This document shows positions 52,501 to 64,000 of a DNA stretch of 64,000 bases, one piece after another. Position numbers and translations under genes: made by a program. Source of the stretch: Somniosus microcephalus (taxonomy: Eukaryota); assembly GCA_052327205.1 (NCBI GenBank), contig CM126228.1:8618001-8682000 (forward strand), read 5' to 3'. Numbering within the stretch: the stretch's first letter is position 1; each line of letters begins with the position of its first letter. The notes beneath the pieces were generated by a model. That model worked only from the letters and a program-made list of their open reading frames with translations, had not been told where the DNA came from and did not search any database.

Positions 52501-53620
52501 TTTAATGTAGAGGCTAGCTCTGTGTTATTTGCCAATTCATCTTGGGGTTTGATTCCTGAAGTGACAGCCCGTTCCGTATGATCCAAGGTGATGAGTGTCA
52601 ATGGGATGTTCAACGATGAAGGGCATTACGACAGGGCCTGATCCTTTCCTTGTCTGGAATCGTGCATTTTCAGCATACATCGCTGGATATCAGTCAGAAG
52701 AGGGCATTATTGTCTCCCCTCCCTTGTGCATGGTGGCCTGGCTGGCTGACAAAAACTAACTTGTTGCAAATTGGGAATTTAACCAGAGATCTTTCTGGTC
52801 TGTATGGCTTATTGCTATGCCATATGAGACATTTGCCTACTTCTAGGCCATTGGGGATTCTGTATATTTAAAATTTAAGGTGCTCTAAGAATTCACGTAC
52901 AGAAAGAACTTTATACATTGCAGTTAGCTGCAGTATATGGTTTATAGATGGGCATATGTATGCCTGATGTAATAAAACATGTTTAAGTAACTGAGGTATT
53001 TTGGTAATATTACTGTGTCTAAGTCAATGTTCTATCATTTGTACATCTTGTAGATGCTGACTGTTAATGACTGAAATGCTGTATTGTATAGTTTTCTGTT
53101 CATACAAATCCTTTGAAGAATTTAATAATCAAAGCCTGACGACACCATATAAATGCACAGAGATTAGAGATGTAAGGAGCAAAAAAGCCCAACTGGCATC
53201 AAATGATCCTCAAATATTCTCTGTTCCAGCTTGGAGACCTTGTTTAGAGTATTTGCATTTTTGCATGTTGGTGAATTCTTAGAATTTACCGAGGATATAC
53301 AGCACAGAAACAGGCCATTCAGCCCAACGAGTCTATGCCGGTGTTTATGCGCCACTCGAGCCACCTCCTGTCTTTTCTCATCTAACCCTATCAGCATAAC
53401 CCTCTAGTCCCTTCTCCCTCATATGCTTGTCTAGCCTCCCCTTAAATGCATCTATACTATTTGCTTCACCCACTGGTGAGTTCCATATTCTTGCCACTCC
53501 CTGGGTAAAGAAGCTTGTTCTGAATTCCCTATTTGATTTCTTGGTGACTATCTTATATTGATAGCCTCTAGTTTTGCTCTTCCCCACAAGTGGAAACACT
53601 CTCTGTATCTACTCTATCAG

Positions 53621-54646
53621 AACATAACATAAGAAATAGGAACAGGAGCAGGCCATTCGCCCCTCGAGCCTGCTCCGCCATTTAATGAGATCATGGCTGA
53701 TCCAATTTTGGCTTCAACTCCACTTTCCTGCCTGTTCCCCCTAACCCTCGACTCCCCTGTTGCTCAAAAACCTGTCTATCTCAGCCTTGAATATATTCAA
53801 TGACTCAGCTTCCACAGCTCTCTGGGGTAAAGAATTCCAAAGATTCACGACCCTCTGAGAAGAAATTCCTCCTCATCTCCGTCTTAAATGGGCGACCCCT
53901 TATTCTGAGATTATTATGCCCCCTCGTTCTAGATTCCCCCACAAGGGGAAACATCCTCTCGGCATCTACCCTGTCCAACCCCCTCAGAATCTTATGTTTC
54001 AATAAGATCACCTCTCATTCTTCTAAACTCCAATAAGTATAGGCCCAACCTTTCCTCATAAGACAACCCTTCCATCCCAGGAATCAACCTAGTGAACCTT
54101 CTCTGAACTGCTTCCAATGCAAGTATATCCCTCCTTAAATAAGGGGACCAAAACTGTACGCAGTACTCTAGGTGTAGTCTCACCAGCGCCCTGTACAGTT
54201 GTAGCAAGACTTCCCTACTATGATACTCTATCCCCCTTGAAATAAAGGCCAACATTCCATTTGCCTTCCTAATTATGTACTGCACTTGCATGTTAACTTT
54301 TTGTGTTTCATGTACGAAGACACCCAAATCCCTCTGTACCGCCGCATTCTGTAGTCTTTCTCCGTTTAAATATTTTTCTTTTCTATTCTTCCTACCAAAG
54401 TGGATAACTTCACATTTTCCTATATTATACTCCATCTGCCAAATTCTTGCCCACTCACTTAACCTATCGATATCTCTGTGCAGACTCTCGATATCCCTGT
54501 GCAGACTCTATGTCCTCCTCACAACTTGCTTTCCCACCTATCTTTGTATCCTCAGCAAATTTGGCAACAGTACACTTGGTCCCTTAATCCAAGCCATTAA
54601 TATAGATTGAAAATAGTTGAGGCCCCAGCACTGATCCCTGTGGCAC
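53621..54646 (-). mobile_element. 5'-truncated CR1 LINE copy B inserted into CR1 copy A
   Basis: 3' tail acataagaaataggaacagg; ORF2 C-terminus CEVIHFGRKNR...[33 protein letters not shown]; stops at the [10 protein letters not shown] region. Confidence 0.9.
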
Positions 54647-55640
54647 CCGTTTCATGATTTTAAAGACCTCTATTAGGTCACCCCTCAGCCTTCTCTTTTC
54701 AAGAGAAAAGAGACCCAGCCTGTTAATCCTTTCCTGATAGGTGTACCCTCACATTTCTGGTATCATCCTTGTAAATCTTCTCTGTACCCTCTCCAGTGCC
54801 TCTATATCCTTTTTATAATATGGTGACCAGAATTGCACACAGTACTCCCAAGTGTGGTCTAACCAAGGTTCGATACAGGTTTAACATAACTTCACTACTT
54901 TTCAATTCTATCCCTCTAGAAATAAACCCTAATGTTTGGTTTGCTTTTTTTATGGCCTTGTTAACCTGTGTCAATGCTTTATGATTTGTGTATTTGTACT
55001 CCTAGATTCCTTTGCTCCTCTGCCCCATTTAGATTCTTATTTTCCAAGTAATATGTGAACTCCCTATTTTTCTTACCAAAATATAATACCTCACATTTAT
55101 CTGTGTTGAGTTTCATTTGCCAATTACATGCCTATTCTGCAAGTTTATTAATGTCGTCTTGTAATTTGTTGCAGTCCTCCTCAGTATTGGCTATGCCCCC
55201 CAATTTGGGTCATCTGCAAATTCAGCAATTGGTTTTTTGACTCAAATCTAAATTGTTAATATAACTTGTGAACAACAGTGGTCCCAGCACTGATCCTTGT
55301 GAAACACCACTTCCCACCTTATGCCACTCTGAATAGCTACCCTATACTCCTACTCTCTGCTTTCTGTCTTGATGCCAGCTAGCTATCCATTCTGCTACTT
55401 GTCCCCTGACTCCGCATTCCCTGACATTCATTAGTCTATTATGTGGTACTTTATCAAAGGCCTTTTGAAAATCTAGATAAATTACATCTACTATATTACC
55501 CTTGTCTATTCTCTCTGTTACCTCTTCAAAAAATTCAATTAGGTTGGTCAAGCAAGACTTTCCCTTTTGAAATCCATGCTGACTATTTATTATTATTTTT
55601 CGTTTCTAGATGTTCTCTTTTCTCCTTTTAGTAGGGTTTC

Positions 55641-55816
55641 TGTAGTGTCCGTGTGTTGATAGAGACACTGAAGACAGGAGTTGGTTCATAGGTGTTTACT
55701 AAGCAAAGTCTGGAGGGGTACTAACGGATATAACACAATATGCAGGCTTATATAGCCCGAGTGGCCCTTACCGGCATTACAGCACATATGGGGCTCTTAA
55801 AGGCACATACACTACA
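55641..55816 (-). repeat. 3' LTR of the Gypsy element
   Basis: Direct repeat of 60175-60350; preceded on the minus strand by the polypurine tract AAAAGGGGAGGAAT (55817-55830). Confidence 0.96.
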
Positions 55817-55909
55817 ATTCCTCCCCTTTTAGCTAACCAGTACATCATATTTTAAGTAATTATTAATTACATGTTATAAGAAAAATAATATACACATTGC
55901 TGTAGTTAA

Positions 55910-58900
55910 TTAATTATAAGTCAGTCTCTCTGGAGGCTTCCTGACTCGGTCCGGATAACGCCTCGGTGGTGTAGTAGGTTCTTTTGGCAAGGCTGATTTG
56001 GCTTGAATGCCAGTGTCGGGTTCATCGGGTTCCAGTATCACCGGATCGGAGGTAGATATGGGTATCTCTACTTCATCGTTCGGCGTATAGAGTTGTGGTG
56101 TAGGTTGTCCCTTTTCGGATGACTTTATGATTTGGTCAGCATGGCGCCTTATTATGCTTTCTCCGATGTCCACGGTATACATCAGTGGTCCTAGTCGTGT
56201 GCAGATAGTTCCAGGCTGCCATTTCTCGGTACGGTAGTCCCGGGCCAAAACTTGTTGACCTATCTGGAAGGTTCTAGTTGGCCTTTCATTCATGCCTTGA
56301 AACTGCCGGTTCTCCACGTCCCTTCTGATGTTGGGCTTGACCAAATCCAGCCGGCATCTTAGGTTTCTATTGAAGAACATCATGGCGGGAGTTTAGTTGG
56401 TAACCATATGTGTTGCATTCCTGTATGTGAACAAGAATGTGCTGAAGTTTTATGTCTTCATTACCCATGGCCTTTATGGCCTTCTTGAAGGTCTGGACAA
56501 ACCTTTCAGCCAATCCATTGGTGGCGGGATGGTATGGGGCGGACGTGTAGTGCTTAACCCCATTGTTTTTTTAAGAACTTCCTGAATTCTTCAGACACAA
56601 ATTGCGGTCCATTATCAGAACAGATCTGTTCCGGCAGCCCATTCCTGGCAAATATGGTCCTTAATACTGTGATGGTTTTTTCCGGGGTGGTGGAGGACAT
56701 CTTTATTACCTCCGGCCACTTGGAGTGTGCATCAACCGCGATTAAGAACATTGAGTCCATAAATGGACCAGCAAAGCCGATGTGTACCCTTTGCCAGGGA
56801 GATGAGGGCCACTCCCATGGATGTAGAGGGGCTTGTGTGGAGCGTTTTGGACCTTCTGGCATCCTAGGCAGCTCTTGGTCATTTCTTCGATGTCTCCATC
56901 GATACCTGGCCACCATACAAACGCCCTGGCTAGGTTCTTCATTTTCACTCCACCCAGATGCCCCTCGTGAAGCTCTTTTAGCACTTTATCCTGGAGTTTG
57001 GGTGGAATTACCACTCTGGATCCACACATCAAGGTTCCTCGGCACACTGACAGCTGTTCTCTTCTTTGCGAGAATGCTGGCAACAGTGGTTCGCCATGTG
57101 CTGGCCATCCCTTCATTGTTAAATCGTAGACCCGTGAGAGAGTCGGGTGATTTCTCGTTTCCCTTTCAGTGGCAGAATTTGTTACTGGTAGACATTCCAC
57201 TATGGTAGAGTGGAACATCTCCACTGGGTCTACTGTAGGTGCCTCTTCTACCGTTGGCAACGGTAGGCGCAATAAACCGTCAGCATTCCCATGCTGTTTT
57301 GATCCTTTGTATTCTATGTTGTATTGGTGTGCCCCTAGAAAAAGGGACCACCTCTGTAGCCTTTGCGCTGTCATAATGGGAACACCCTTTTTAGGGTTGA
57401 ATATGGAGATGAGGGGTTGATGGTCAGTCAACAAGGTAAATTTTTGTCCGTGTAGGTAATGGTTGAATTTCTTCACTCCCCATACCAGGCTGAGTGCTTC
57501 CCTGTCGATTTGGGCATAGTTACGCTCAGCTGAGTTCAATGAGCGTGACGCAAAAGCTATCAGCCGTTCCGAGCCATCAGGAAATTAATGCGATAATACT
57601 GCTCCTATGCCGTAAGGGGATGCATCGCACGCCAGTCTGATTGGCAGTGATGGGTTGTAATGAGCCAAAACTTCTTTGGATGTGATTAAGTCTTTGCATT
57701 TATGGAAGGCACGTTTGCAGTCTTCGTTCCATTTCCAAATTACTCCTGTTTGTAGCAGTTCATTAAGAGGGTGTAGAAGAGTTGATAAGTTCGGTAAAAA
57801 TTTATGATAGTAATTTATTAATCCCAGGAACGACCTTAATTGTGAAACATTTTCAGGCGCTGGGGCTTTTATGACCGCTTCAATTTTTTCAGGTGACTTA
57901 TGCAACCCTTCCTTATTTATTATGTGGCCACAATATGATATTTGATTTTGGAAAAATTCGCACTTGGGGCGATTTGCTCGTAGGCCCCGTTCTCTCAGCC
58001 TAGTGAGCACCTGCTCTAAATTGGCAAGGTGCTCGTTGACGTTTTCTCCTGTTACAAGGATGTCGTCTAGGTAGCATTGAGTCCCCGGAATCCCTTGGAG
58101 GACTTGCTCCATAGCTCTTTGCCAGATAGCTGGAGCGGATGCTACTCCGAAAACCAGTCGATTGTACTGGTACAGACCTTTGTGTGTATTTGTCGTGAGA
58201 TTTTTTAGAGGCCTCTTCAACCTCCATCTGTAGATATGCCTGTGCCAAGTCAATTTTGGTGAAACGTTTCCCTCCGGATAGTGAGGCGAAAATATCTTCT
58301 ATCCTCGGAAGAGGATACTGTACCGTGTGAAGGACCGGGTTTACAGTCACCTTGAAGTCTCCACAGATGCGAATTTTTCTCTGTTCTTCAGATTTATCAT
58401 TCTTCAATGCTTTCTTCATGACTGGGACGATGGGTGTTGCCCACTCGCTCCAATCTATTTTAGATAATACGCCTGCCTTTTCCAAATTCTCCAGCTCTGC
58501 CTCGACTGCTGGACGAATTACGTATGGCACCGGTCTTGCCTTAAAAAACTTGGGAATTGCTGCATCTTCCACTTTTATTGAGGCGGTGATGCCTTTCAAG
58601 GTTCCTAGTTTCTCTTGAAACACTTCCTTGGCGTTGGCCAAGATGTCTTTTAATCGTTCAGGTATGACGTCATCATTTTTTTTCCTTACTGGTTACCGTC
58701 AGTGCCTGAATGGAGTGCCAGTCTAAACGTATTTTCCTGATCCATTCACGTCCCAAAAGCGGTGGACCACCATCTTGTAGAACGTATAAATACAACTTCT
58801 GTATTTCCTTGCCGTTGTATACAACAGGCACCCTTATTTTTCCTTTGGGGTATACTTTCTGCCCCGTATATGTTTTCAAGATAATGGATGTGTCTTTTAA

Positions 58901-59720
58901 AGGTATATGCGGAAATAGCCGCTCGTAATCCCGTCGATTTATGACGGTCAGAGCTGATCCTGTATCTAGCTCCATTTTAACTGGGGACCCTGCTATTGTG
59001 AGGGTAACCCAAATGGTCTGGTAATCTTCTTTGGCAATTACATTATGTAATTTGAGAGAGCTTAGTCTCTTGTTCCCGGAGTCGCTATCGCTCTCCTGGT
59101 CTTCGGAGCTACTGTCCGTCATCATTTGTACCTTTCTGTGCTTTTCCTTATTGATTCTTTTCCCGTTAGTGGATTTTTTGTTTCCAGATCGACACACACG
59201 TGGAATGTGTCCCATCTTTCCACATTGCCTGCATGCTTTGTCCTTGAACCAGCAGTCCCTCTGGTCATGGGTGGATCTGCCGCAGCGATAACATCTCTCG
59301 AAACCCCGTGTCATTTCATGGGTGCCGAAGTCCTGTGGCCTTTGCTGTATCTCTGCAGCTCCTCTTGCACTGAAAGCCTTGTCCAGTGTTAAATCTTTCT
59401 CAGAAAATAGCTTTTTTTTGTGTTCCTACACTTAGGAGACCGCAGACGAATTTGTCTCGCAGAGAATCTGCCAGTCCTGCCTCGAATTGGCAGTGTAGGG
59501 TATCAACAATCTCCTTAAAATTCTTGTCCATCGGTTCAGCTGGAGTGATTAAGTTTCGTAACAGCTTGTATGTCTTTGCGCCCATTAGATCCAGAAGTAC
59601 TGAAGCTTTTTTCTCATCTTCTATTCCATTTGCGGTGCAATATACCTCCACTCTTTCCACATATGTGGTCCAATCCGCTATCTCGTTATCAAAAGCATCA
59701 ATATTGCCAGAATTAGGCAT
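55910..59720 (-). pseudogene. Frameshifted gag-pol of the Gypsy element
   Basis: Gag start MPNSGNIDAFD; twin CCHC knuckles CYRCGRSTHDQRDC / CRQCGKMGHIPRVC; protease LDTGSA; RT KIDLAQAY and YLDD; RNase H LACDASPYGIGAVL; integrase HEGHLG..C..C, SDNGPQF; C-terminal PRRYPDRVRKPP. Split over about 7 ORFs. Confidence 0.93.
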
Positions 59721-60157
59721 CTTAGAAAAGATATGGCGCTTCCCGCGCTTTTCTTTCTTTTCTGCAGAAAAGATATGGCGCTTCCCGTGCTTTCCCGCTG
59801 CTGCTGCCGATGACAACGCTGTTTCCCACGGTTTCCGTTCTTTCTTTTATTTATTTATTTATTTACAGTTGGAGACTCGTTCCCGCCGGACTCTCTCTGT
59901 AGGTCTGAACGCCGACCTGCTTGCAGCCGCGGCCGTCTCCCGAGTGCTTCCTCCCCGTCTGTTACTGCTTGCCTCCGCTTTCGCTGCTTGGCCCAGCTGT
60001 AGAGCCAGCCGCCGGAGCCCCAGCCTGACGCCCAGGAAGGATTACCGCAGTACCTGCCACTAGCTTGGCCAGCTGGTGAAACAACAGCTTCTTGATTCTT
60101 CTGGACGCCAGAGGAATCGATGTCCTTGAGGTGCTGCCGAATTGTAGGTAAGTCTGT

Positions 60158-60173
60158 TTCCACTTCGTCGCCA
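60158..60173 (-). promoter_or_regulatory. Primer-binding site, probably tRNA-Ser(GCU)
   Basis: Minus strand TGGCGACGAAGTGGAA, 1 nt after the 5' LTR; complementary to a tRNA 3' end ...CGUCGCCA, as in vertebrate tRNA-Ser(GCU) (assignment from memory). Confidence 0.75.
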
Positions 60174-60174
60174 C

Positions 60175-60350
60175 TGTAGTGTCCGTGTGTTGATAGAGAC
60201 ACTGAAGACAGGAGTTGGTTCATAGGTGTTTACTAAGCAAAGTCTGGAGGGGTACTAACGGATATAACACAATATACAGGCTTATATAGCCCGAGTGGCC
60301 ATTACTGGCATTACAGCACATATAGGGCTCTTAAAGGCACATACACTACA
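60175..60350 (-). repeat. 5' LTR of the Gypsy element
   Basis: Direct repeat of 55641-55816 with 4 substitutions; minus strand has a TATATAA box and an AGTAAA poly(A)-like signal. Confidence 0.96.
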
Positions 60351-60865
60351 GTTTCCATTATTTTTCCTACCACCGATGTTAAGCTGACTATAAGTTCCCT
60401 GGACATGTTGTATCTCCCTTCTTAAATATAGGTATTACGTTAGCTATCTGCCAGTCCTCTGGCACGACACCTTTTTCTAACGAATTACTAAATATGTGTA
60501 GTAATGCTTCTGCTGTTTCTTCCCTAGATTCTTTAAAAATGCGTGGATGTAATCCGCCCGAACCAGGGGTTTTATCCTCTGAGTTTCATTAGTTTATTTA
60601 GTATATCTCCTCATTTTATTTTAAATGCAGTTAACTCATTACTAACCTCATCATCTGATGTCATCTCCACCTGTTCTATCTCCCTGGTAGATACTGAAGC
60701 AAAGTAATTATTTAATATCTCTGCCATCTCTCTTCCAAGCAATGTTAACACTCAAATGGCTTTTATACAGTTATTTTGTTCTAAAATGTTTACTAACAGT
60801 CGTTGCAAGGAATGGTTTTGTAGACTTTTTAATTAATCTGTAAATTCTTTTTTTTTTAAAAACAG

Positions 60866-60996
60866 ATTATTTATGGAAATCCTCAATTGTTGCACGGACT
60901 GTGACGAAATTCAGTTTAAGGAAGATGGAGCATGGTCACCGATGAGAATGAAGAAGGAGGTTCAGGAAGTGAATTCCTCTTTTAATGGTGTAGATG
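60866..60996 (+). CDS. PIAS1: PIAS1 exon 10 equivalent
   Basis: aaacag|A TTA TTT ATG...GAT G|gtacgc; LFMEILNCCTDCDEIQFKEDGAWSPMRMKKEVQEVNSSFNGVD; 131 nt. Confidence 0.95.
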
Positions 60997-62411
60997 GTAC
61001 GCAATTTTGTTACAAGGGTTATGGGGAACGAGCAGGGGTTAGAGGAATAGCTCCCACATGGCACAATGGACCAAGTGGCCTCTTGTACCAAATTATCCGA
61101 GAAAGCTTTGTTTTAACAGAATCTGGATAGTGGCATGGTCAAGGAGACTCCTTTTACCTCTTGGTTCAAATCCATATTACACTGATGGGATAAAAGCCTG
61201 TTGACTATAAGCCTGGCATGTGAAATATGGCCGCGCTGTCTCAATCCATTTCCAAGTGGACGTGGGTCTTCTAGCATAAAAATGGGTGGTGTAGGAAATA
61301 GGAAAAAAAGGGAATGCTATTACAAACCAGGCTTGCCCTCATTTCTAACCAGCAAGTGAAGGAGTACCAGTAGAAACGTTGGTCCTATAGTTTCTCTCCT
61401 TGAGCAAGTACCTAGCTCCACAGTGATTGGGGCCAAGAACTTACTATGGCCTCGACCTGCATTCCATCATTGTGTGTTCCAATATTCTTGACGCACTGGG
61501 ATTGTACTCGTGAACAAAAACTGAGCAGTATTGACAGAGGAGCAGTCGTCGTCCTCCAGTAAGACGGTCTAAAATCTCTTTGGGAGAATCACTAGAATCA
61601 GTTAAAACCATTTATTTCTATGTCTCTGTTTTATCAGGCTGTAGTGTTGGTTCTGCGGCTTAGAATTTTTTGATTCTAAATGCCTTCTGCAATCCAGTTT
61701 GGGAGGTGCAGAAGCATTATGCTAAGAAAAATAGTTTCTGACCACAAATTGTTACCTTTTGCTAAAACTGAATAGTAAAACAACACAGCTTAAATCTCAA
61801 ATGTAAACCTTTCTGGAAGCATCTTGTAATGGTCACTAAACCTCAAGTGTCTTATTTGCTTTTGCAGCTGTCTGAATGCTAGCTGCTTTCTGTGGTGTAA
61901 CATTTGCAAAATCAATACACTATTGCAAAATGTATAGAATCATGAAGTGGAAATGGAGTGAAGTATCAGACCACAAGATTTTTTTAAAATTGAGAGTACT
62001 AGGTGAAGAGCCAGGGAACATAGTATAGGACACCATCAATGTTGAAAAAAGAAAAGACAAGGTTATTGAAAATAGTTAATGGGTGATGCCATGTTTGGGA
62101 TTTAAAAGTCTGTAGATTGCTGGAGGTACCAAAGATTGAGGGAGGTGAGGAGTTGCATAGTTCTGGGAAAGGAAGAATTATGGTAGGACTGTGACATTGA
62201 GTTTCTCTCACTATAAGGTAGGGTCTATTATCTGAATCTTAAGGGATGGTGCCTCAAGCGAAATGCACTCACCAAGATTGGAAAGACATGTGTTATAGGT
62301 TAGCGTAGTCTTATTTAACCTTTGCGGGTGCACTGAATCAAATATACCTTACACTTCTAGTAGACAAAAAATACTACAAGCAAACCAGCTTCTAAACAGG
62401 CTAGATATCCA

Positions 62412-62513
62412 AAATAAAAGCAGAAAATTCTGGAAATACTCATCAGGTCAGGCAGCATCTGTGGCGACTGAAACCGAGTTAACGTTCCAGGTCGATGACA
62501 TTTCGTCAGAACT
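62412..62513 (-). mobile_element. Short Penelope-derived unit with degenerate hammerhead (62477-62513)
   Basis: AGUU-CUGACGA...GGAAC-GUU-AACU plus the same tail. Confidence 0.8.
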
Positions 62514-63129
62514 AAAATGTATAGAATCATGGTGGAAATGGAGTCAGGCTTAATATCCAGTCAGGTTTACAATTAAATGAGACAAAACACAAGCAATATT
62601 ATACTACAAAAGGTACAGCCAAACTATACAGAAGACAACCTTGACTGTCTCTTTTTGCTCAGTACTTGTCTGGTATTCAGTACACAGATGAACTTCTTGA
62701 AAATGTGGCCTTCAGCTGGGAACCATGTAAAACTCTGGCCCAGAAATGGTACGAACTAATACTGCAGAAAGACCTTCTATGCCCATTTAAAACTCATGTT
62801 CCCTGATGTCAGACAAGATTGCATTGTTCCTTCAAATCCCAGCATGGTAGTGAAACTTTAAAACGGGTTTGCCTGTCTTGTGTCAGGTGAAGGTTAAATA
62901 ATAATCCATAGTATGTTTTGCAAGTGCATTTAACTTTGTCTGGGGGCAGATTAACCTTTGCTGAAGGGAGATCGAAAAAAGAAAAACTGCCCAGAGATGA
63001 AGATGGAACTTGCCCCAGCAACAGAGAACTTTCATCGTTGCCACAAGTGCCCCAATTGCTGACACAGCCTGCTTTAAATGTGCCTTTGTTTTTGTACAAA
63101 ATTACCGACTATTTAAATTTGTTCACTAG

Positions 63130-63292
63130 GTGCGTGTAAAAGCTTGTCCGAGCACAGACATTCATCTCAAGATAATAGAACAGTTGAAGTGATTGATCTG
63201 ACGCTCGATAGTTCATCGGAAGAGGAGGAAGAGGAACCACCTGCGAAGAGGTACCCTTCGATGTCTTCTCCGTCGCCGCCCATCAACAAGGG
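63130..63292 (+). CDS. PIAS1: PIAS1 exon 11 equivalent (SUMO-interacting motif + acidic tract)
   Basis: cactag|GT GCG TGT...AAC AAG GG|gtaagc; (G)ACKSLSEHRHSSQDNRTVEVIDLTLDSSSEEEEEEPPAKRYPSMSSPSPPINK(G); VEVIDL SIM followed by SSS and an acidic run; 163 nt. Confidence 0.93.
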
Positions 63293-64000
63293 GTAAGCTT
63301 TGGGTTGGAATCACAGTCTTGTGTGAGGCTGTTTTTTGTTTGCCGTGAGCTTGGGTACAACAAAAATCCACGATTTGATTGACTTTCAGCAATCCCCTAT
63401 CCATGATCATCTGAAAGCTGGTAATACATGTCGAACAAAAGATAAATGAGCGTGTTCTTCACTCCAAAACCATGATTGTCGGTACATCCAGCATTCGCTA
63501 TGCCCCTACACTCTGGGATTTGCCTTTCTATCTACTTTCAAAAGTCTTCCCAAAGCTTAAACTCTGCTCTTACTTTAATTTGCCTAGTTCCTATTTGTAG
63601 AGCACCTTGAGACATTTCATTATGTGAAAGGCAGTATAGAAATGTCAGATGCAGTGTGTTACTCCAGCACTTAGAGCAGGACTGCAACATAGTTGTCAGG
63701 GTGCTGATCTTAATTGTTGACCATAATGGCCATTTTTATTCATTCAAACTCCCAAGGCTGCTACATGCTGTAACCACTCCTACATCGATTTTCTTAGAAT
63801 CTCCCCTTAATTTTCTCTGGTCTTTTGCGAGGGTGCTTACTCACGCTAAGGCATAGCTCCATGTTACCTGCCCAAATGGCCGTTCTTCATGTGTAAATCT
63901 AGGCAGCGATTGCATGACTCAAATCTCTGGAAATTTTCATCCAGCTGCAGTGTGAATCTTTATAGATCTGTGCATGTTGCTCCTGCAAATTAAAATCAAA

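Larger units (their letters stand above)
55641..60350 (-). mobile_element. Full-length, decayed Ty3/Gypsy LTR retrotransposon (Mag-clade-like), antisense in the PIAS1 intron
   Basis: Two 176-bp LTRs (TG...CA), 5-bp TSD GTTTC (55636-55640 and 60351-60355), PBS, PPT, and gag-PR-RT-RH-IN domain order on the minus strand. Confidence 0.96.
53278..60740 (-). mobile_element. CR1 LINE copy A, split into three pieces (~53278-53620, ~54647-55640, 60351-~60740)
   Basis: RT motifs TNLIEFFEEVT...YLDFQKAFDKVPH; VSLTSVVGKIMET|L is rejoined across the Gypsy TSD; 'tctactctatcagaac|...|ccgtttcatgattttaaag' is rejoined across CR1 copy B. Confidence 0.88.

Noticed and set aside
59386-60063. 225-aa plus-strand ORF (also 56654-57208)
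   Set aside because: Antisense shadows of Gypsy gag/integrase and its GC-rich leader, with no recognisable domain.

Overview
Vertebrate genomic DNA, most likely from a cartilaginous fish (HE1-type V-SINE, SacSINE1/Deu-type SINE and elasmobranch-type CR1 LINEs). The whole window lies inside one plus-strand gene, the SUMO E3 ligase PIAS1. Ten consecutive coding exons can be read directly (equivalent to human exons 2-11: SAP, PINIT, SP-RING and SIM regions), all with AG/GT boundaries and consistent phases; exon 1 and the 3' exons fall outside the window. The introns are full of transposons: a full-length but decayed Ty3/Gypsy (Mag-like) LTR element nested in a CR1, several other CR1s, an L2 piece, Penelope-like (GIY-YIG) elements, Tigger-like and Harbinger-like MITEs, several SINE families and a 31-bp minisatellite. 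The most interesting signals are: (i) a family of ~100-130 bp Penelope-derived units carrying a minimal hammerhead ribozyme, all beginning right at the ribozyme; (ii) chimeric or templated insertions built from those units; (iii) a Tigger-like MITE carrying RFX-like palindromes and a 17-bp loop found in both orientations; (iv) LF-SINE-like elements, one split by four nested insertions. Family names come from recognition of the sequences, not from database searches.
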